NCBI GenBank assembly: GCA_038727515.1
Contig: JAVYVS010000001.1
Location: forward strand, 1 to 64,000
Length of the DNA stretch: 64,000 nt
Source of the DNA: Candidatus Methanomethylicia archaeon
Lineage (GTDB): Archaea; Thermoproteota; Methanomethylicia; Culexarchaeales; Culexarchaeaceae
Reading direction: 5' to 3'
Shown here: in pieces, positions 9,148 through 19,919 of the stretch
Numbering within the stretch: the first letter of the stretch is position 1
Layout: every line of letters starts with the position of its first letter
Made by a program: the position numbers and the translations under genes
Notes under the pieces: model-generated
The model's database searches: none
Told to the model about the DNA's origin: nothing
The model's input: only the letters and a program-made list of their open reading frames with translations

Positions 9148-10284
9148 TTATCTTTCTTTCGATTCTAAATATGATTGTATTGAGTATAATATGTATGCCA
9201 ACCCTGATATTATAAATACAACTTCATAACCAAATATTTCAACTATAAATCCAAATATTATTAGAGCTGTAGACTCAAATATCCTCATTGGAACATGTAA
9301 TATTCCTATATCTATGGATATTGTCTCACGTTTATTTCTTACGGCTTTTGCTATTATCGTCTCATAAAATCTTGCTCCAAGTCCATCTGCAAATGCCATT
9401 ATCATCATTATTATGGGTAGTACGTTTAAAAAGTTGGGTATACTTATACATGCTATAAAGTATATTATGCTTTGCAATATGGCTCTAGTTAAACTTAATG
9501 GTAATTTGAGGGTTGTATAGATTGTTATTGATGAAGTTAACTGATAAAGCATTGTTATAAATCCTATCTCCATATAACTATAATTAATTTCCTTTGCCAT
9601 GTATACAGGTAATACTAAGTTGAATAATGGGTATCTTGATAAACTATTTACAGCCATTATAATTGATATGTACCAGAAATTCCACTCCTTACCCCTTGGA
9701 TCTAAAGCTTTTAAAGCCTTCAGTAAATTAAGTTTACTTTTATTCCTTCCAATTTTCCACAATAATATTGTTGGATATACTTGGATTATAGAGGTTATTG
9801 TTAAAATTGTGAAGGCCATGTTTACTCCCATAATTGACATAATAAATCCTGTTAATGCTCCCCCTAATGCTCCTCCAATGGATGCTGTAGCTATAATTTT
9901 TGTAGATTCCCTAGCCTCTCTTCCAGGTGAAAGTGCATATGTTGCAGTTCTACCAACAGCCCAAAATGCTGATATTGAAAATCCCTCAAATATTTTCCCA
10001 ATGGCAAATTCCAGTGGTGATTTAGCGTAGAGGTATATTGACGTAGCTAATGTAAGGTTTATTGAGTTTAATAGGAATATTGGTGACCATCCAATTTGAT
10101 CAGCTATAGCTGCAAATACAACTCTAACAGTTAAAAATATCATTGGAAGTATCGATAATACCATTCCTATTTCAACTAAACTTACCCCTCTTTCCAATAA
10201 AGCTAATGGAACAGCTAATGCTATTCCACTAGTTACAAAATGTGTTATGAATGTTATAGTCGCTACCCTCTTCAATTCCATCAC
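9148..10284 (-). CDS. MFS transporter
   Basis: About 12 hydrophobic segments; AIADQIG motif-A-like loop. Confidence 0.8.
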   Translation of the reverse strand: MMELKRVATITFITHFVTSGIALAVPLALLERGVSLVEIGMVLSILPMIFLTVRVVFAAIADQIGWSPIFLLNSINLTLATSIYLYAKSPLEFAIGKIFEGFSISAFWAVGRTATYALSPGREARESTKIIATASIGGALGGALTGFIMSIMGVNMAFTILTITSIIQVYPTILLWKIGRNKSKLNLLKALKALDPRGKEWNFWYISIIMAVNSLSRYPLFNLVLPVYMAKEINYSYMEIGFITMLYQLTSSITIYTTLKLPLSLTRAILQSIIYFIACISIPNFLNVLPIIMMIMAFADGLGARFYETIIAKAVRNKRETISIDIGILHVPMRIFESTALIIFGFIVEIFGYEVVFIISGLAYILYSIQSYLESKER

Positions 10285-10328
10285 TAAATGTGTTTATAGG
10301 TTTATGTAGATTCGCTATAAATCGTTTT

Positions 10329-10898
10329 TCATCTGGTTAATGGATTATAACCCAGTTCTAATAGTGTTTTATAGAGGAGGTTTATTGGTAATCCAACAAC
10401 ATTATAGTAATCTCCTTTTATCTCTTCTATAAATAATCCACCTAATCCTTGTATCATATATCCACCAGCTGCATTCATAGGTTCATTTGTGGATAAATAC
10501 CATTCCAATTCTTCTTCATTTAAATCTTTGAATTTAACTTCTGTTTCTACATATTTGAATACTTCAATACCCTTAGTATTGTCATAAATGTATAATCCAC
10601 TTATAACTTTATGCCATTTACCTGATATCTTCATTAAAATTCTACGTGCATCTTCTAAACTTTTTGGTTTTTCTATGGTTTCTCCATCAACATATATTAC
10701 GGTGTCCACTCCAATATATGCTCCCCTTAAATATTGATTTAAAACACTCTTAACCTTATTTATAGCATTAGTTTTCACAGTTTTTATTGGGTCTTCTAAA
10801 ATCTCTTCTTCATATTTTGGATATAAAACTTTGAATTTAAATTTAAACCTTTTTAGAAGTTCTATCCTCCTCTCTGATCTACTCACTAGTATTATCAT
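10329..10898 (-). CDS. maf: Maf family nucleoside triphosphate pyrophosphatase
   Basis: IILVSRSERR, GVDT, EKP, AGGYMIQG and NVVGLP motifs. Confidence 0.92.
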   Translation of the reverse strand: MIILVSRSERRIELLKRFKFKFKVLYPKYEEEILEDPIKTVKTNAINKVKSVLNQYLRGAYIGVDTVIYVDGETIEKPKSLEDARRILMKISGKWHKVISGLYIYDNTKGIEVFKYVETEVKFKDLNEEELEWYLSTNEPMNAAGGYMIQGLGGLFIEEIKGDYYNVVGLPINLLYKTLLELGYNPLTR

Positions 10899-10915
10899 TT
10901 TAAATCATTAAACTC

Positions 10916-11737
10916 TTACTGTTCAAACTTCTTTAACATTTTGATTATAATGTATATTGTTGTTGATGTTAGGGCTATCATTCCACTTGTATGAAGGTTT
11001 ATTATTATTGAGATTATTAAACCCATTATTCCAGAGAGTATTGATATTGTGAATGTATATATGAATGTGTTCCGTATGCTATTTGATAATTCTATGGCGC
11101 ATGCTGCTGGTATTATTGTTAATGCATATACAAGTAATGCACCTACTGCTCTAGCTAAGACAACCCCTGAAGCTCCTATTAATGTGAAAATCAAATAATC
11201 GTAGATCTTAGTGTTTAACCCTAAGGCTTCAGAACCTTCAATATCAAAGCATATGTAAATTATTTCCCTATAGAATACTAATAGTACTATTAATCCTATT
11301 ATTGATATTATCGACATTTTCATTAGATCACTTGAAGTTATTAGTAGTATGTCTGATATTAGATAGCTATTTACTTTTATCAATAATTCCGCTCTTATCA
11401 TACCTGCCACTATTGAGTATATGGACATACTTATTGCTAATGATGTTCCTATAGCAAGTCCAGAGGCTTCAACACCCTTCTCCCTAATTATATAACCGGT
11501 GACTATGGATGTTGCTATGCTAAATAATGTTGCCATAATGAATATTATTGGCTCATACCCTATTATAGCATATATTAACGCTCCTATACCTGCCCCACTT
11601 AGAGCTGAATGTGTTACTTCTGCTGATAGGTAATGTACATTTCTAAGCATTGATAATGTTCCAATAATCATTGATGTTATTCCACATAAAATTACTCCAA
11701 TAATGGCATTTATTATGAAGGGGTTATATAAACTCAT
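10916..11737 (-). CDS. Zn/Mn ABC transporter permease (ZnuB-like)
   Basis: HSALSG, CFDIEGSEALG and VGALLV..IIPA; operonic with the ATPase and binding protein. Confidence 0.9.
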   Translation of the reverse strand: MSLYNPFIINAIIGVILCGITSMIIGTLSMLRNVHYLSAEVTHSALSGAGIGALIYAIIGYEPIIFIMATLFSIATSIVTGYIIREKGVEASGLAIGTSLAISMSIYSIVAGMIRAELLIKVNSYLISDILLITSSDLMKMSIISIIGLIVLLVFYREIIYICFDIEGSEALGLNTKIYDYLIFTLIGASGVVLARAVGALLVYALTIIPAACAIELSNSIRNTFIYTFTISILSGIMGLIISIIINLHTSGMIALTSTTIYIIIKMLKKFEQ

Positions 11738-12504
11738 GAAGGTTCACTCAATTTTGTATATTCAGTTAATAAGAAGTAGTGTTTTTCTTTACCATAAGCT
11801 TTTGAAATGAATTCTTCATCTAAAACTTCTTCAATCTTCCCAAAGGATATTATCTTCCTATTTAGTATCATTATGTTCTCTGCTATGTTTATTACTGGGT
11901 TTAAATCATGTATAACTATTATTATTGTTGTCTCAAATTTTTCCCTAAGATTTTTTAGATATTCTATTATTGAATGTTGACTTAATATATCAACTCCATT
12001 GAAGGGTTCATCTAAAATTAATATTTTTGGATTTGATATTAATGCTCTAGCTAATAAAACCTTCTGTTTCTGTCCAACACTTAATTGATGGAATTGTTTA
12101 TCTAAAAGTTCCATTATACCTAGAGATTTCGATATTCTCATTGCTTCCATAAGATCTTTTTCAGAAATTATTCTAGGCCAATCCTTCTTTGTTAATATCC
12201 CCATCATTACTACATCTACAACTTTAAGGGGTAATTTCTCCACGATCTTTTCTCTTTGAGGTATATATCCAATGAGCTTCCTAACTTTAAATGCTTCTTT
12301 AATTGGATCAAACCCCAAAATTTCTATTGACCCTTTATATGGCTTTAACAATCCAATTAACGTTTTTATTAGTGTTGTTTTTCCAGCACCATTGGGTCCC
12401 ATTATAACGTTTATTGATGGTTTACATATTTTGAAACTTATGTTTTCAAGTACAATATTTCTAGAGTATCCCACAGTTAGATCTTCAACTCTTACTATAT
12501 CCAT
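11734..12504 (-). CDS. Zn/Mn ABC transporter ATP-binding protein (ZnuC-like)
   Basis: Walker A GPNGAGKT, LSVGQKQ signature, LDEP. Confidence 0.95.
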   Translation of the reverse strand: MDIVRVEDLTVGYSRNIVLENISFKICKPSINVIMGPNGAGKTTLIKTLIGLLKPYKGSIEILGFDPIKEAFKVRKLIGYIPQREKIVEKLPLKVVDVVMMGILTKKDWPRIISEKDLMEAMRISKSLGIMELLDKQFHQLSVGQKQKVLLARALISNPKILILDEPFNGVDILSQHSIIEYLKNLREKFETTIIIVIHDLNPVINIAENIMILNRKIISFGKIEEVLDEEFISKAYGKEKHYFLLTEYTKLSEPS

Positions 12505-13543
12505 AGATCTTCCTCCTAAATTTGTATATTTGTAGGAATTCTATGGTTGAGACTACTGCTAACATACCAATTACGGTTATAGTGATTGTATTCAAACCAT
12601 ATTCGCTTTGTTGATCCCTTATAATAGTTATTGATAGTACACCATCAATTTTACCAATATTATAAGTCATCATTAGCGTATAATCCATATCTCTCATCAT
12701 TATGACTTCAATTATTGGTGAACCAGTTTCCTTTGATATTTCAATTATTGCATTGTATACTGGCATTTTGGATGAGATATCTGAGATTATAATTAAACCT
12801 CCACTTTGCAGAGCATTGTATGCCCTATTTATACTTCCAGGTTTTGGTGGAACTCCTTCTTCCAATGAAAGTATTGCTGTGATTTTCAAGTTAAATAGGT
12901 ATGCAATATACTGTTCTGATAAAAATCCTAAAACAACATTTTTACCACTAATCTTAGCCTTTAGTTCTTCAATTAAACCCTTTATCTTGGATACATCCTC
13001 CAATAGATTTTTGAGGTTTTCATGGTAGTATGATTTTCCCTCTGGATCTATTTGTGAGAGTTTTCCACATATTACTTCAGCTATTACCATAATGTTTTCT
13101 GGTAGTATCCAATAACCATGGTAATTCTTCCCTGATAAACCCATTTCTTGAGGTATGTCTAATATAGTCATATTATCTTTATATTCAATTAAGTTTATTA
13201 CTACATTCTCTAAATTTACATCCTTATGCATGGCTAATTGCTCAATTAATTTGTATTCCCACTCCATGTGTCCATCAATTATTATTAAATCCACATTTAA
13301 CACTTGATTTATTATTTGTGGTGTTAATGTGAATTGATGTGGCTCAACATTTGATGGTAGTATACTGAATACTTCAACTCTATCTCCACCTATACGTTTC
13401 ACTATGCTCTTCAAAATACCTAAACTTGTGGCTACTCTAATCTTCCCTAAATCCCCCTCAGAATTTGATTGCATGATATTTGAAATTAACATCATTATTG
13501 TTAATACAATCATTATGTTTACTTTATTCATTTTCTCACGCAA
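12485..13543 (-). CDS. Zn/Mn ABC substrate-binding protein (ZnuA/TroA family) with C-terminal membrane anchor
   Basis: VEPHQF, HGYWILP and DPEGKSYY motifs; C-terminal TM. Confidence 0.9.
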   Translation of the reverse strand: MREKMNKVNIMIVLTIMMLISNIMQSNSEGDLGKIRVATSLGILKSIVKRIGGDRVEVFSILPSNVEPHQFTLTPQIINQVLNVDLIIIDGHMEWEYKLIEQLAMHKDVNLENVVINLIEYKDNMTILDIPQEMGLSGKNYHGYWILPENIMVIAEVICGKLSQIDPEGKSYYHENLKNLLEDVSKIKGLIEELKAKISGKNVVLGFLSEQYIAYLFNLKITAILSLEEGVPPKPGSINRAYNALQSGGLIIISDISSKMPVYNAIIEISKETGSPIIEVIMMRDMDYTLMMTYNIGKIDGVLSITIIRDQQSEYGLNTITITVIGMLAVVSTIEFLQIYKFRRKIYGYSKS

Positions 13544-13956
13544 CAGTCTTCATCTATTGGTATTTCATCTCCATGTGGACATTTCCTTGGATGCCCTAAA
13601 CATGTACACATGACATTTATAATCCTTTGAGGTACATATAAATCGAATTTCGATATATATTCACATATTTCATCTAATTTCATTCCGAAAACTTCATGTA
13701 GATATGTTTCTAAGATCTTATTTTTCCTCAAAAGTTTTCGATATTCCTTTAAACCATAATCTGTAAATTTCACTCCCCTCCAAGGTGTATATTCAACTAT
13801 CCCCATACTAGATAATCTCTTTATCATATCTATTGCCGATGGTGCTTTTACACCTAAAACTTTTGCAATTTCTATACTTGATGTAGCTTTAGTTCCATTT
13901 TCCGTTAATTTACCTATAACCTTTATATATGTTGCTTCTCTTATGGATAATTCCAT
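13528..13956 (-). CDS. DtxR/MntR family metal-dependent repressor
   Basis: EIAKVLGVKAPS..MIKRL HTH, YTPWRGV, LGHPRKCPHG; ATG at 13956 preferred over the ORF-track start. Confidence 0.93.
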   Translation of the reverse strand: MELSIREATYIKVIGKLTENGTKATSSIEIAKVLGVKAPSAIDMIKRLSSMGIVEYTPWRGVKFTDYGLKEYRKLLRKNKILETYLHEVFGMKLDEICEYISKFDLYVPQRIINVMCTCLGHPRKCPHGDEIPIDEDCCVRK

Positions 13957-13963
13957 GGTCAAT

Positions 13964-13994
13964 TTAGGTCAAGCCTAAGTTAGGTTTAACCTAA
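13964..13994. promoter_or_regulatory. Two tandem TTAGG-N5-CCTAA palindromes; putative DtxR-family operator
   Basis: TTAGGTCAAGCCTAA at 13964-13978 and TTAGGTTTAACCTAA at 13980-13994, between the TATA box (about 13996-14003 on -) and the start codon. Confidence 0.85.
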
Positions 13995-14117
13995 ATTTAA
14001 ATCTTTCGTATAACATCCTTAGCCTTCATCGATTTTTAAATGTTTAATGCAATTTTAAACATTAGTGTAACGGAATATTAATATATAATGTAACATTTGT
14101 GGTTAATAGTGTTGTAA

Positions 14118-15053
14118 ATGATTTCTAAATCCTTTGACCCCTCAACTTTTGTTTCTAATGCTATTAATGAGATTAAAGGTATTGTAGGTGGAGAATTGGC
14201 TGTTGCTGCATGTTCTGGTGGTGTGGATAGTACAGTTGCAACATATATTGCTAAAATGGCTTTAGGTGATAAACTTAAAACCATATATATTAATGATGGT
14301 TTTAGACGTGAAGGTGAAATTGAAAACACTTTAAATCTTTTAAGGAATTTAGGTTTTAACCCAATTTTACTGGATAGGGAAGAATTATTCTATAAAAACC
14401 TTGCTGGAATTAGAGATTCTGAGAGGAAGAGGAGGATATTTAGAGAAACATTCTACAAAGTTATTTCTAATTTCATGAGTGATAATGATATAAAGTTTCT
14501 TATTCAAGGAACTATTGCAGCTGATATTGTTGAAACTAAGAGTGGAATTAAAACTCAACATAATGTTTTAGAGCAGATAGGTGTAGATTATGGATTTAAA
14601 GTTGTTGAACCTTTAAGAAATCTATATAAACCTCAAGTTAGAGAAATTGCTAGATTTCTAGGACTTCCAAAGGAAGTTTCTGAGAAAATGCCCTTCCCAG
14701 GACCTGGACTTTTAATAAGGGTTGTGGGTGAAGTTAATCCTAAGAGAATTAATATTGTTAGAAAAGCGAATAAAATAGTTGAAGAAGAACTCATGGATAT
14801 CCCTGCTTTCCAGAAATTTGCAGTTCTCCTCCCAGGTAGAGCCACTGGAATTAGAGATGGGATGAGAAAGTATGGTTATATGATTGCAATTAGAGTTGTA
14901 GCTTCTGAAGATGCTATAACAGCTGAACCTGTAAATATACCCTTTGAGAAACTTAGGGCTATCGCGGATAGGATAACTTCTGAAATTAAAGATGTTGTAA
15001 GAGTATTATTTGAATTAACACCTAAACCTCCATCAACAATAGAATTCGAATAA
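14118..15053 (+). CDS. guaAB: GMP synthase subunit B (ATP pyrophosphatase domain)
   Basis: SGGVDS PP-loop, QGTI, IKTQHNV, PFPGPGL and KPPSTIEFE. Confidence 0.97.
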   Translation: MISKSFDPSTFVSNAINEIKGIVGGELAVAACSGGVDSTVATYIAKMALGDKLKTIYINDGFRREGEIENTLNLLRNLGFNPILLDREELFYKNLAGIRDSERKRRIFRETFYKVISNFMSDNDIKFLIQGTIAADIVETKSGIKTQHNVLEQIGVDYGFKVVEPLRNLYKPQVREIARFLGLPKEVSEKMPFPGPGLLIRVVGEVNPKRINIVRKANKIVEEELMDIPAFQKFAVLLPGRATGIRDGMRKYGYMIAIRVVASEDAITAEPVNIPFEKLRAIADRITSEIKDVVRVLFELTPKPPSTIEFE

Positions 15054-15311
15054 ATATTCATAATATCTTCAACTTTTTTCATTATACCCTATATGATATT
15101 GATATAGTGGAGGAAAGCCGATTTATTGATTAAATGCGTATTAAACGTTTTGGTATAATTGGTTTTATTAGAATGCGGGAAATTGATGGTTCAATTAAAA
15201 TTGAAGATCACCACAACTTTTAATTTCAATTAGTATAGCTAGATATTTGGGTTTATGATCTCTTAAGAGGACTTTTAAAGTGGAATTTTAGTAGTGTGTT
15301 TTTATCCTTGA

Positions 15312-15518
15312 ATAGGAAAGGTAAAGATTTTATATGAAGATGGTGAATCTAAAGAAGTTAATGTGGATGTTGTTTCACCTATAGCTAGTGAACCTTTAAT
15401 AAGTGATGTATTAGCTAAACAACTTGAAATAGCTGTGGAATCTTTTAATAAAGGTTTTTGGAGATTTAGATGGAAGCTTAAAGAAATAATTAGGAAGATT
15501 GGGAAGAAAGAATTTTAA
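15312..15518 (+). pseudogene. Start-less gene fragment, probably the C-terminal half of an archaeal retropepsin-like (clan AA) protein
   Basis: Open frame IGKVKILYEDGESKEVNVDVVSPIASEPLISDVLAKQLEIAVESFNKGFWRFRW... preceded by an in-frame TGA; family resemblance is from memory. Confidence 0.5.
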
Positions 15519-15561
15519 ATTTACACTATGTAAATTATCCTAAAGCTTTCTCAATATAAAC

Positions 15562-16905
15562 TTGAGGTTGATTGATTTGTCTATAATTAAAGTTTTAGAG
15601 GAAGCTAAACTTTCAAAATTTCATTATATCCTTTTAGTAGTGTGTAGCCTAATATATTGTTTTACCGCTATGAATGTTATGCTTATTGCTGCAGTTCTAA
15701 CTCCAATAATTAAAGATTTTGGTTTAGAGAAGGATCCATTTTTATCTGGTATTTTGGTTAGTTCTGGTTATGTTGGTATGTTTCTTGGAGCTTTAAGTTG
15801 TGGTATTCTTGCTGATCATATTGGTAGGAGGAAAACTCTCATAATAACTACTTTAACAATGAGTATTTTTACAGCTTTAAATGCTTTTGCAAGAGATCCT
15901 TTAACTATGATTTTTCTTCGTTTTATAGCTGGAATTGGTTTAGGTGGTTCTTTACCTCAACCTGGAGTTTATATTTCAGAATATGTTCCAGCAAAATATA
16001 GAGGTAGATTTTTAGGTTTAGTTGAAACCTCATGGGTTTATGGAGCTCTTCTATCATTATTATTCCCATATATCATCCTTCCACGTTTAGGTTGGAGATT
16101 AACATTCTTTATAGCATTAATTCCACTATTCTTAATTCCATTAATACTACTCTACACTCCAGAATCCCTTAGATATATGCAAATTAAAGGCATGTTTAAT
16201 GAAGCAATTAATACAATTAAAAGGTATGGTTTATTTACAGGTGAAATTAGTGCTAAAGATCTATTTACATCTATTGAAAAGTATAATGTTTATGAGGCTT
16301 TAAGAGAACTTTGGTCTAAGAATTATTGGAATAGAACTTTACTCTTATGGATTTTATGGATTGTACTAGTTTATACTTACCATGGAATTTTCATTTGGCT
16401 ACCAACAATATACTTTATGGAATTTGGTATTACTATTGTTAAATCTATTGAGTGGACTTTAATGGTAACTCTTGCTCAAATTCCAGGGTATTATAGTGCT
16501 ACATTAATGCTTGATCGTATCGGTAGGAAACCTATATTAATATTGTATTTAGCATTAGCAGGTTTTGGTAGTTTAATGCTTGGATTATCTATTGAAGTTT
16601 CACATATCCTCTTATGGAGTGTTGTTATATCATTCTTTAATCTTGGTGCTTGGTCTGGATTATATGCTTACACCCCTGAACTTTATCCAACTAGAATTAG
16701 GGGGACTGGTTCTGGTACAGCTGCAAGTATGGGGCGTATTGCTGGGATAATTGCACCTACAGCTACCCCACTACTATATACATACTTCGGTTTGAAAACC
16801 GCCTTCATAGTTTTTTCATTGATACATTTCATAGGATCCTTAGCGACATTAATCTTTGGAATTGAAACTAAAGGTAAAGTTCTAGAAGAATTAGCCAAAA
16901 ATTAA
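15562..16905 (+). CDS. MFS transporter (sugar-porter/NiaP-like)
   Basis: LADHIGRR, ISEYVPAKYRG, LDRIGRK, PELYPTRIRG and ETKG motifs. Confidence 0.95.
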   Translation: MRLIDLSIIKVLEEAKLSKFHYILLVVCSLIYCFTAMNVMLIAAVLTPIIKDFGLEKDPFLSGILVSSGYVGMFLGALSCGILADHIGRRKTLIITTLTMSIFTALNAFARDPLTMIFLRFIAGIGLGGSLPQPGVYISEYVPAKYRGRFLGLVETSWVYGALLSLLFPYIILPRLGWRLTFFIALIPLFLIPLILLYTPESLRYMQIKGMFNEAINTIKRYGLFTGEISAKDLFTSIEKYNVYEALRELWSKNYWNRTLLLWILWIVLVYTYHGIFIWLPTIYFMEFGITIVKSIEWTLMVTLAQIPGYYSATLMLDRIGRKPILILYLALAGFGSLMLGLSIEVSHILLWSVVISFFNLGAWSGLYAYTPELYPTRIRGTGSGTAASMGRIAGIIAPTATPLLYTYFGLKTAFIVFSLIHFIGSLATLIFGIETKGKVLEELAKN

Positions 16906-16974
16906 TTGTTGGATGTAGTCTGCTAGAATTTAGTATATTAATAACATAGTATAATATTATATACGTGTAATCTT

Positions 16975-17808
16975 ATGGGTAGCAAAATTATTTCAGCTAT
17001 TCATCCACATACTCCTGAAGGAGTTCAATATCATATTAGGTGTAAACCTGGAGATATTGCTCCTTATGTTTTGCTTCCAGGAGATCCTGATCGTGTTCCT
17101 AGAATTGCTAAGTATTGGGATGAAGCTAGAGAAGTTGCTAGACATAGGTGTTATGTAACTTTTACTGGTTTGTATAAGGGTGTACCTATTTCTGCTACTT
17201 CCACTGGTATTGGTTGTCCATCTACTGCTATCGCTATAGAAGAGCTTTTGAGGATTGGAGCTAAGACATTTATTAGAGTTGGTACTACTGGTAGTATTCA
17301 TGTTGATGTTAAGGTTGGTGATTTAGTTATTAGTTCTGGTGCTGTTAGACTTGAAGGTACTAGTAAACAATATGTTATGATCGAATATCCTGCTCTTGCT
17401 CATTATGAAGTTTTATTGGCTTTAATTGAAGCAGCTGAAAAATTGGGTGTTAAATATCATGTTGGTTTAACTGCTAGTACCGATAGTTTCTATGTTGGGC
17501 AAGCTAGGCCTGGATTCAATGATTATCTTCCAAGTTTTGCTAAGAATATCATAAGTGATCTACAGGCTTGTAGCGTTATAAACTTTGAAATGGAAGCTTC
17601 AACAATATTCACTTTATCTAGTATTTATGGTGTTAGAGCTGGTTCTATTTGTGCAGTTTTAGCTAATAGGGTTACAAATGAATTTTTAGAGGATGCAGGA
17701 GTTGAAGACTGTATTCGGGTAGCTAATGAAGCTGTTAAAATTCTTTATGAATGGGATCGTTTAAAAGCTGATAAGGGTAAAAAGTATTTTTATCCAAGTT
17801 TAGTTTAA
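16975..17808 (+). CDS. udp: Uridine phosphorylase
   Basis: YHI, LLPGDPDRV, STGIGCPS, IRVGTTG, DSFYVGQ and NFEME. Confidence 0.92.
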   Translation: MGSKIISAIHPHTPEGVQYHIRCKPGDIAPYVLLPGDPDRVPRIAKYWDEAREVARHRCYVTFTGLYKGVPISATSTGIGCPSTAIAIEELLRIGAKTFIRVGTTGSIHVDVKVGDLVISSGAVRLEGTSKQYVMIEYPALAHYEVLLALIEAAEKLGVKYHVGLTASTDSFYVGQARPGFNDYLPSFAKNIISDLQACSVINFEMEASTIFTLSSIYGVRAGSICAVLANRVTNEFLEDAGVEDCIRVANEAVKILYEWDRLKADKGKKYFYPSLV

Positions 17809-17821
17809 GCCACATTATCAA

Positions 17822-18520
17822 TTATATTTCTTTTATTTTCATTAATTCCTTCATTATTTCTATTCCATGACTTGTCCCTATCCTATTTGCTCCAAGCATT
17901 AAATAGTGTATTGTATCTCTTAAATTCCTTATTCCACCTGAAGCTTTCACCTTTTTATTGGAATTTTCTCTTATGATTATTATATCGCTTGGAACAACTC
18001 CTCTCGGTCCAAATCCAGTACAAGTTTTTATGTAGTCTATATCCGTTTCATTTAATGTTTTTGAAACTAAGGCTATTTCATCTGTTGTTAAGAGTGGTGT
18101 TTCTATTATTGCCTTTATTATAACATTACTACTTTTCGCAATTTTTGATAGTTCATTTGCTTCTAATTTTATCTCATCATATTTTCCACTTTTAACATAT
18201 GATATATTTATTACGTAATCTACTTCGTTTACTCCATCTTCAATTGCCTTCTCCACTTCATATTTCTTAACTTCAATCTTTTGATATCCCAATGGAAATG
18301 ATATTACTGTTGCTAATCTAATTTTATCTTTAAAATTTTCTCTTATCATTTTTATGTAGCATGGTGGAACAACTATACATGCAAAATTATAGTTTAAACT
18401 TTTCTCTACAAATTCTATTATCCCCTTTTCACCCACTTCCGGTCTAAGAATGGTATTATCTATTTGTTGTGCTAATTCTTCTAATCCAATTCTACTTATA
18501 TATTCCTTTAATGATCTCAT
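17822..18520 (-). CDS. deoC: Deoxyribose-phosphate aldolase
   Basis: SFPLG, EVDYVIN, KAIIET, IKTCTGF, VKASGGIR and RIGTS. Confidence 0.95.
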   Translation of the reverse strand: MRSLKEYISRIGLEELAQQIDNTILRPEVGEKGIIEFVEKSLNYNFACIVVPPCYIKMIRENFKDKIRLATVISFPLGYQKIEVKKYEVEKAIEDGVNEVDYVINISYVKSGKYDEIKLEANELSKIAKSSNVIIKAIIETPLLTTDEIALVSKTLNETDIDYIKTCTGFGPRGVVPSDIIIIRENSNKKVKASGGIRNLRDTIHYLMLGANRIGTSHGIEIMKELMKIKEI

Positions 18521-18557
18521 GAATTAGATTTCAACTTTTAAATTTATAAAATATATG

Positions 18558-19766
18558 TTATGGAATCTCTTTTGCAGGTAATCTCTCAGTTTTATACCAT
18601 TCAATTCTTGGGCTTATTATTGAGTATATCGTTATTAAACCTATCAATATCCACATTGGGAATGATATTATCAATGCCCTTTTATCCGGTATTTTTACCC
18701 CAGTTATTATTAGGAAGAGTGGTGATATGAGTACTGATATTATTAGGTATATGCATAGATATAGTAACGTATAATCTACTTCTATACCTAGGAATTTTAG
18801 TATTGGTATTATTGCTAAGTATATTGATGCTATTGATATTATTGTATATGATATTGGTGATAGATAATATAATCCATTTACTACTTTAACCTTTAATGGT
18901 ATTCCTTCATTTTTAATAATTTCTTTGAAGCATTCTATTAATCCCCTATTCCACCTCATTCTCTGTTTAATTAATGATTTCAATGTGTAGGGTCCACTTT
19001 CATATACTATGCTATCCATTAATGCCATTTTTAATCTTCTTTTTGCAAATTCTACTGCTAACATGGAATCTTCTGTTAATGTCTCTGGAAATCCTCCAAT
19101 ATCCTTTAATGTTTTTGTAGATATGAATAATCCTTCTCCACTATACATTGGGTATTGTGATATATATTTTAATGCTGGTAGAGCTATGTTTACCCATAAA
19201 CAAGTTTCAACATATGAGAATATTTGTGGTAATCTATTTCCAACTCTCAATACCTTTACTCCAACCGAATCATATTTTTCATCATTCATTAATGATATCC
19301 CCTTCGCTATTTGATATGGATCTACAATTTCATCGTCTGCATCATAAACTACTATGAATGGTTCATCAACATACTTTAATGCGTAATTTAAACTTTTTGC
19401 TTTTGAACTTCTCGTTTCTGGATGTACTATAATCTCATATTTTATATTTCCTTCATCTAGAATTCTACATTTCTCCATGACGTTTTTAATGGTTTCTTCA
19501 TCACCATTTTCCACTATTATTAGAGTTCTCATCATACTTTTATCATACATTTGCTTTGTTATGCTTCTGAATGTTTTCTCTATGCTTTGAGCCTTCTCCT
19601 TATATAATGGTATCAATAATGCTACTTTAGCTTTTAATTCTGAATTTAACTTTGGCTTCAACCATACCTTTCTCCTTAAATTTAGTATTAGGCTTATGGT
19701 TCCGAGCGTATGTAATGAGAAGGGTATTGCTAGTATAGTGAGTAGAATTAATGTTAGCATAATCAC
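18558..19766 (-). CDS. GT2 family membrane glycosyltransferase (processive-type motifs)
   Basis: PLYKE, SKAKSLN, YDADD, TED and QRMRW (QxxRW); flanking TMs. Confidence 0.92.
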   Translation of the reverse strand: MIMLTLILLTILAIPFSLHTLGTISLILNLRRKVWLKPKLNSELKAKVALLIPLYKEKAQSIEKTFRSITKQMYDKSMMRTLIIVENGDEETIKNVMEKCRILDEGNIKYEIIVHPETRSSKAKSLNYALKYVDEPFIVVYDADDEIVDPYQIAKGISLMNDEKYDSVGVKVLRVGNRLPQIFSYVETCLWVNIALPALKYISQYPMYSGEGLFISTKTLKDIGGFPETLTEDSMLAVEFAKRRLKMALMDSIVYESGPYTLKSLIKQRMRWNRGLIECFKEIIKNEGIPLKVKVVNGLYYLSPISYTIISIASIYLAIIPILKFLGIEVDYTLLYLCIYLIISVLISPLFLIITGVKIPDKRALIISFPMWILIGLITIYSIISPRIEWYKTERLPAKEIP

Positions 19767-19919
19767 TTACCCTTTGTTTCAATATTTACTTTTTATCATA
19801 TTTAATGTATATCATGTTTAATATGGTGTTGCAACCTCTTTATTCCTAGAGTTTAAATTTTTGTGTCTCTCTAACTTTCTTGAATTGTTGAAATATAGAA
19901 ATATATCTACTTTTCTATC

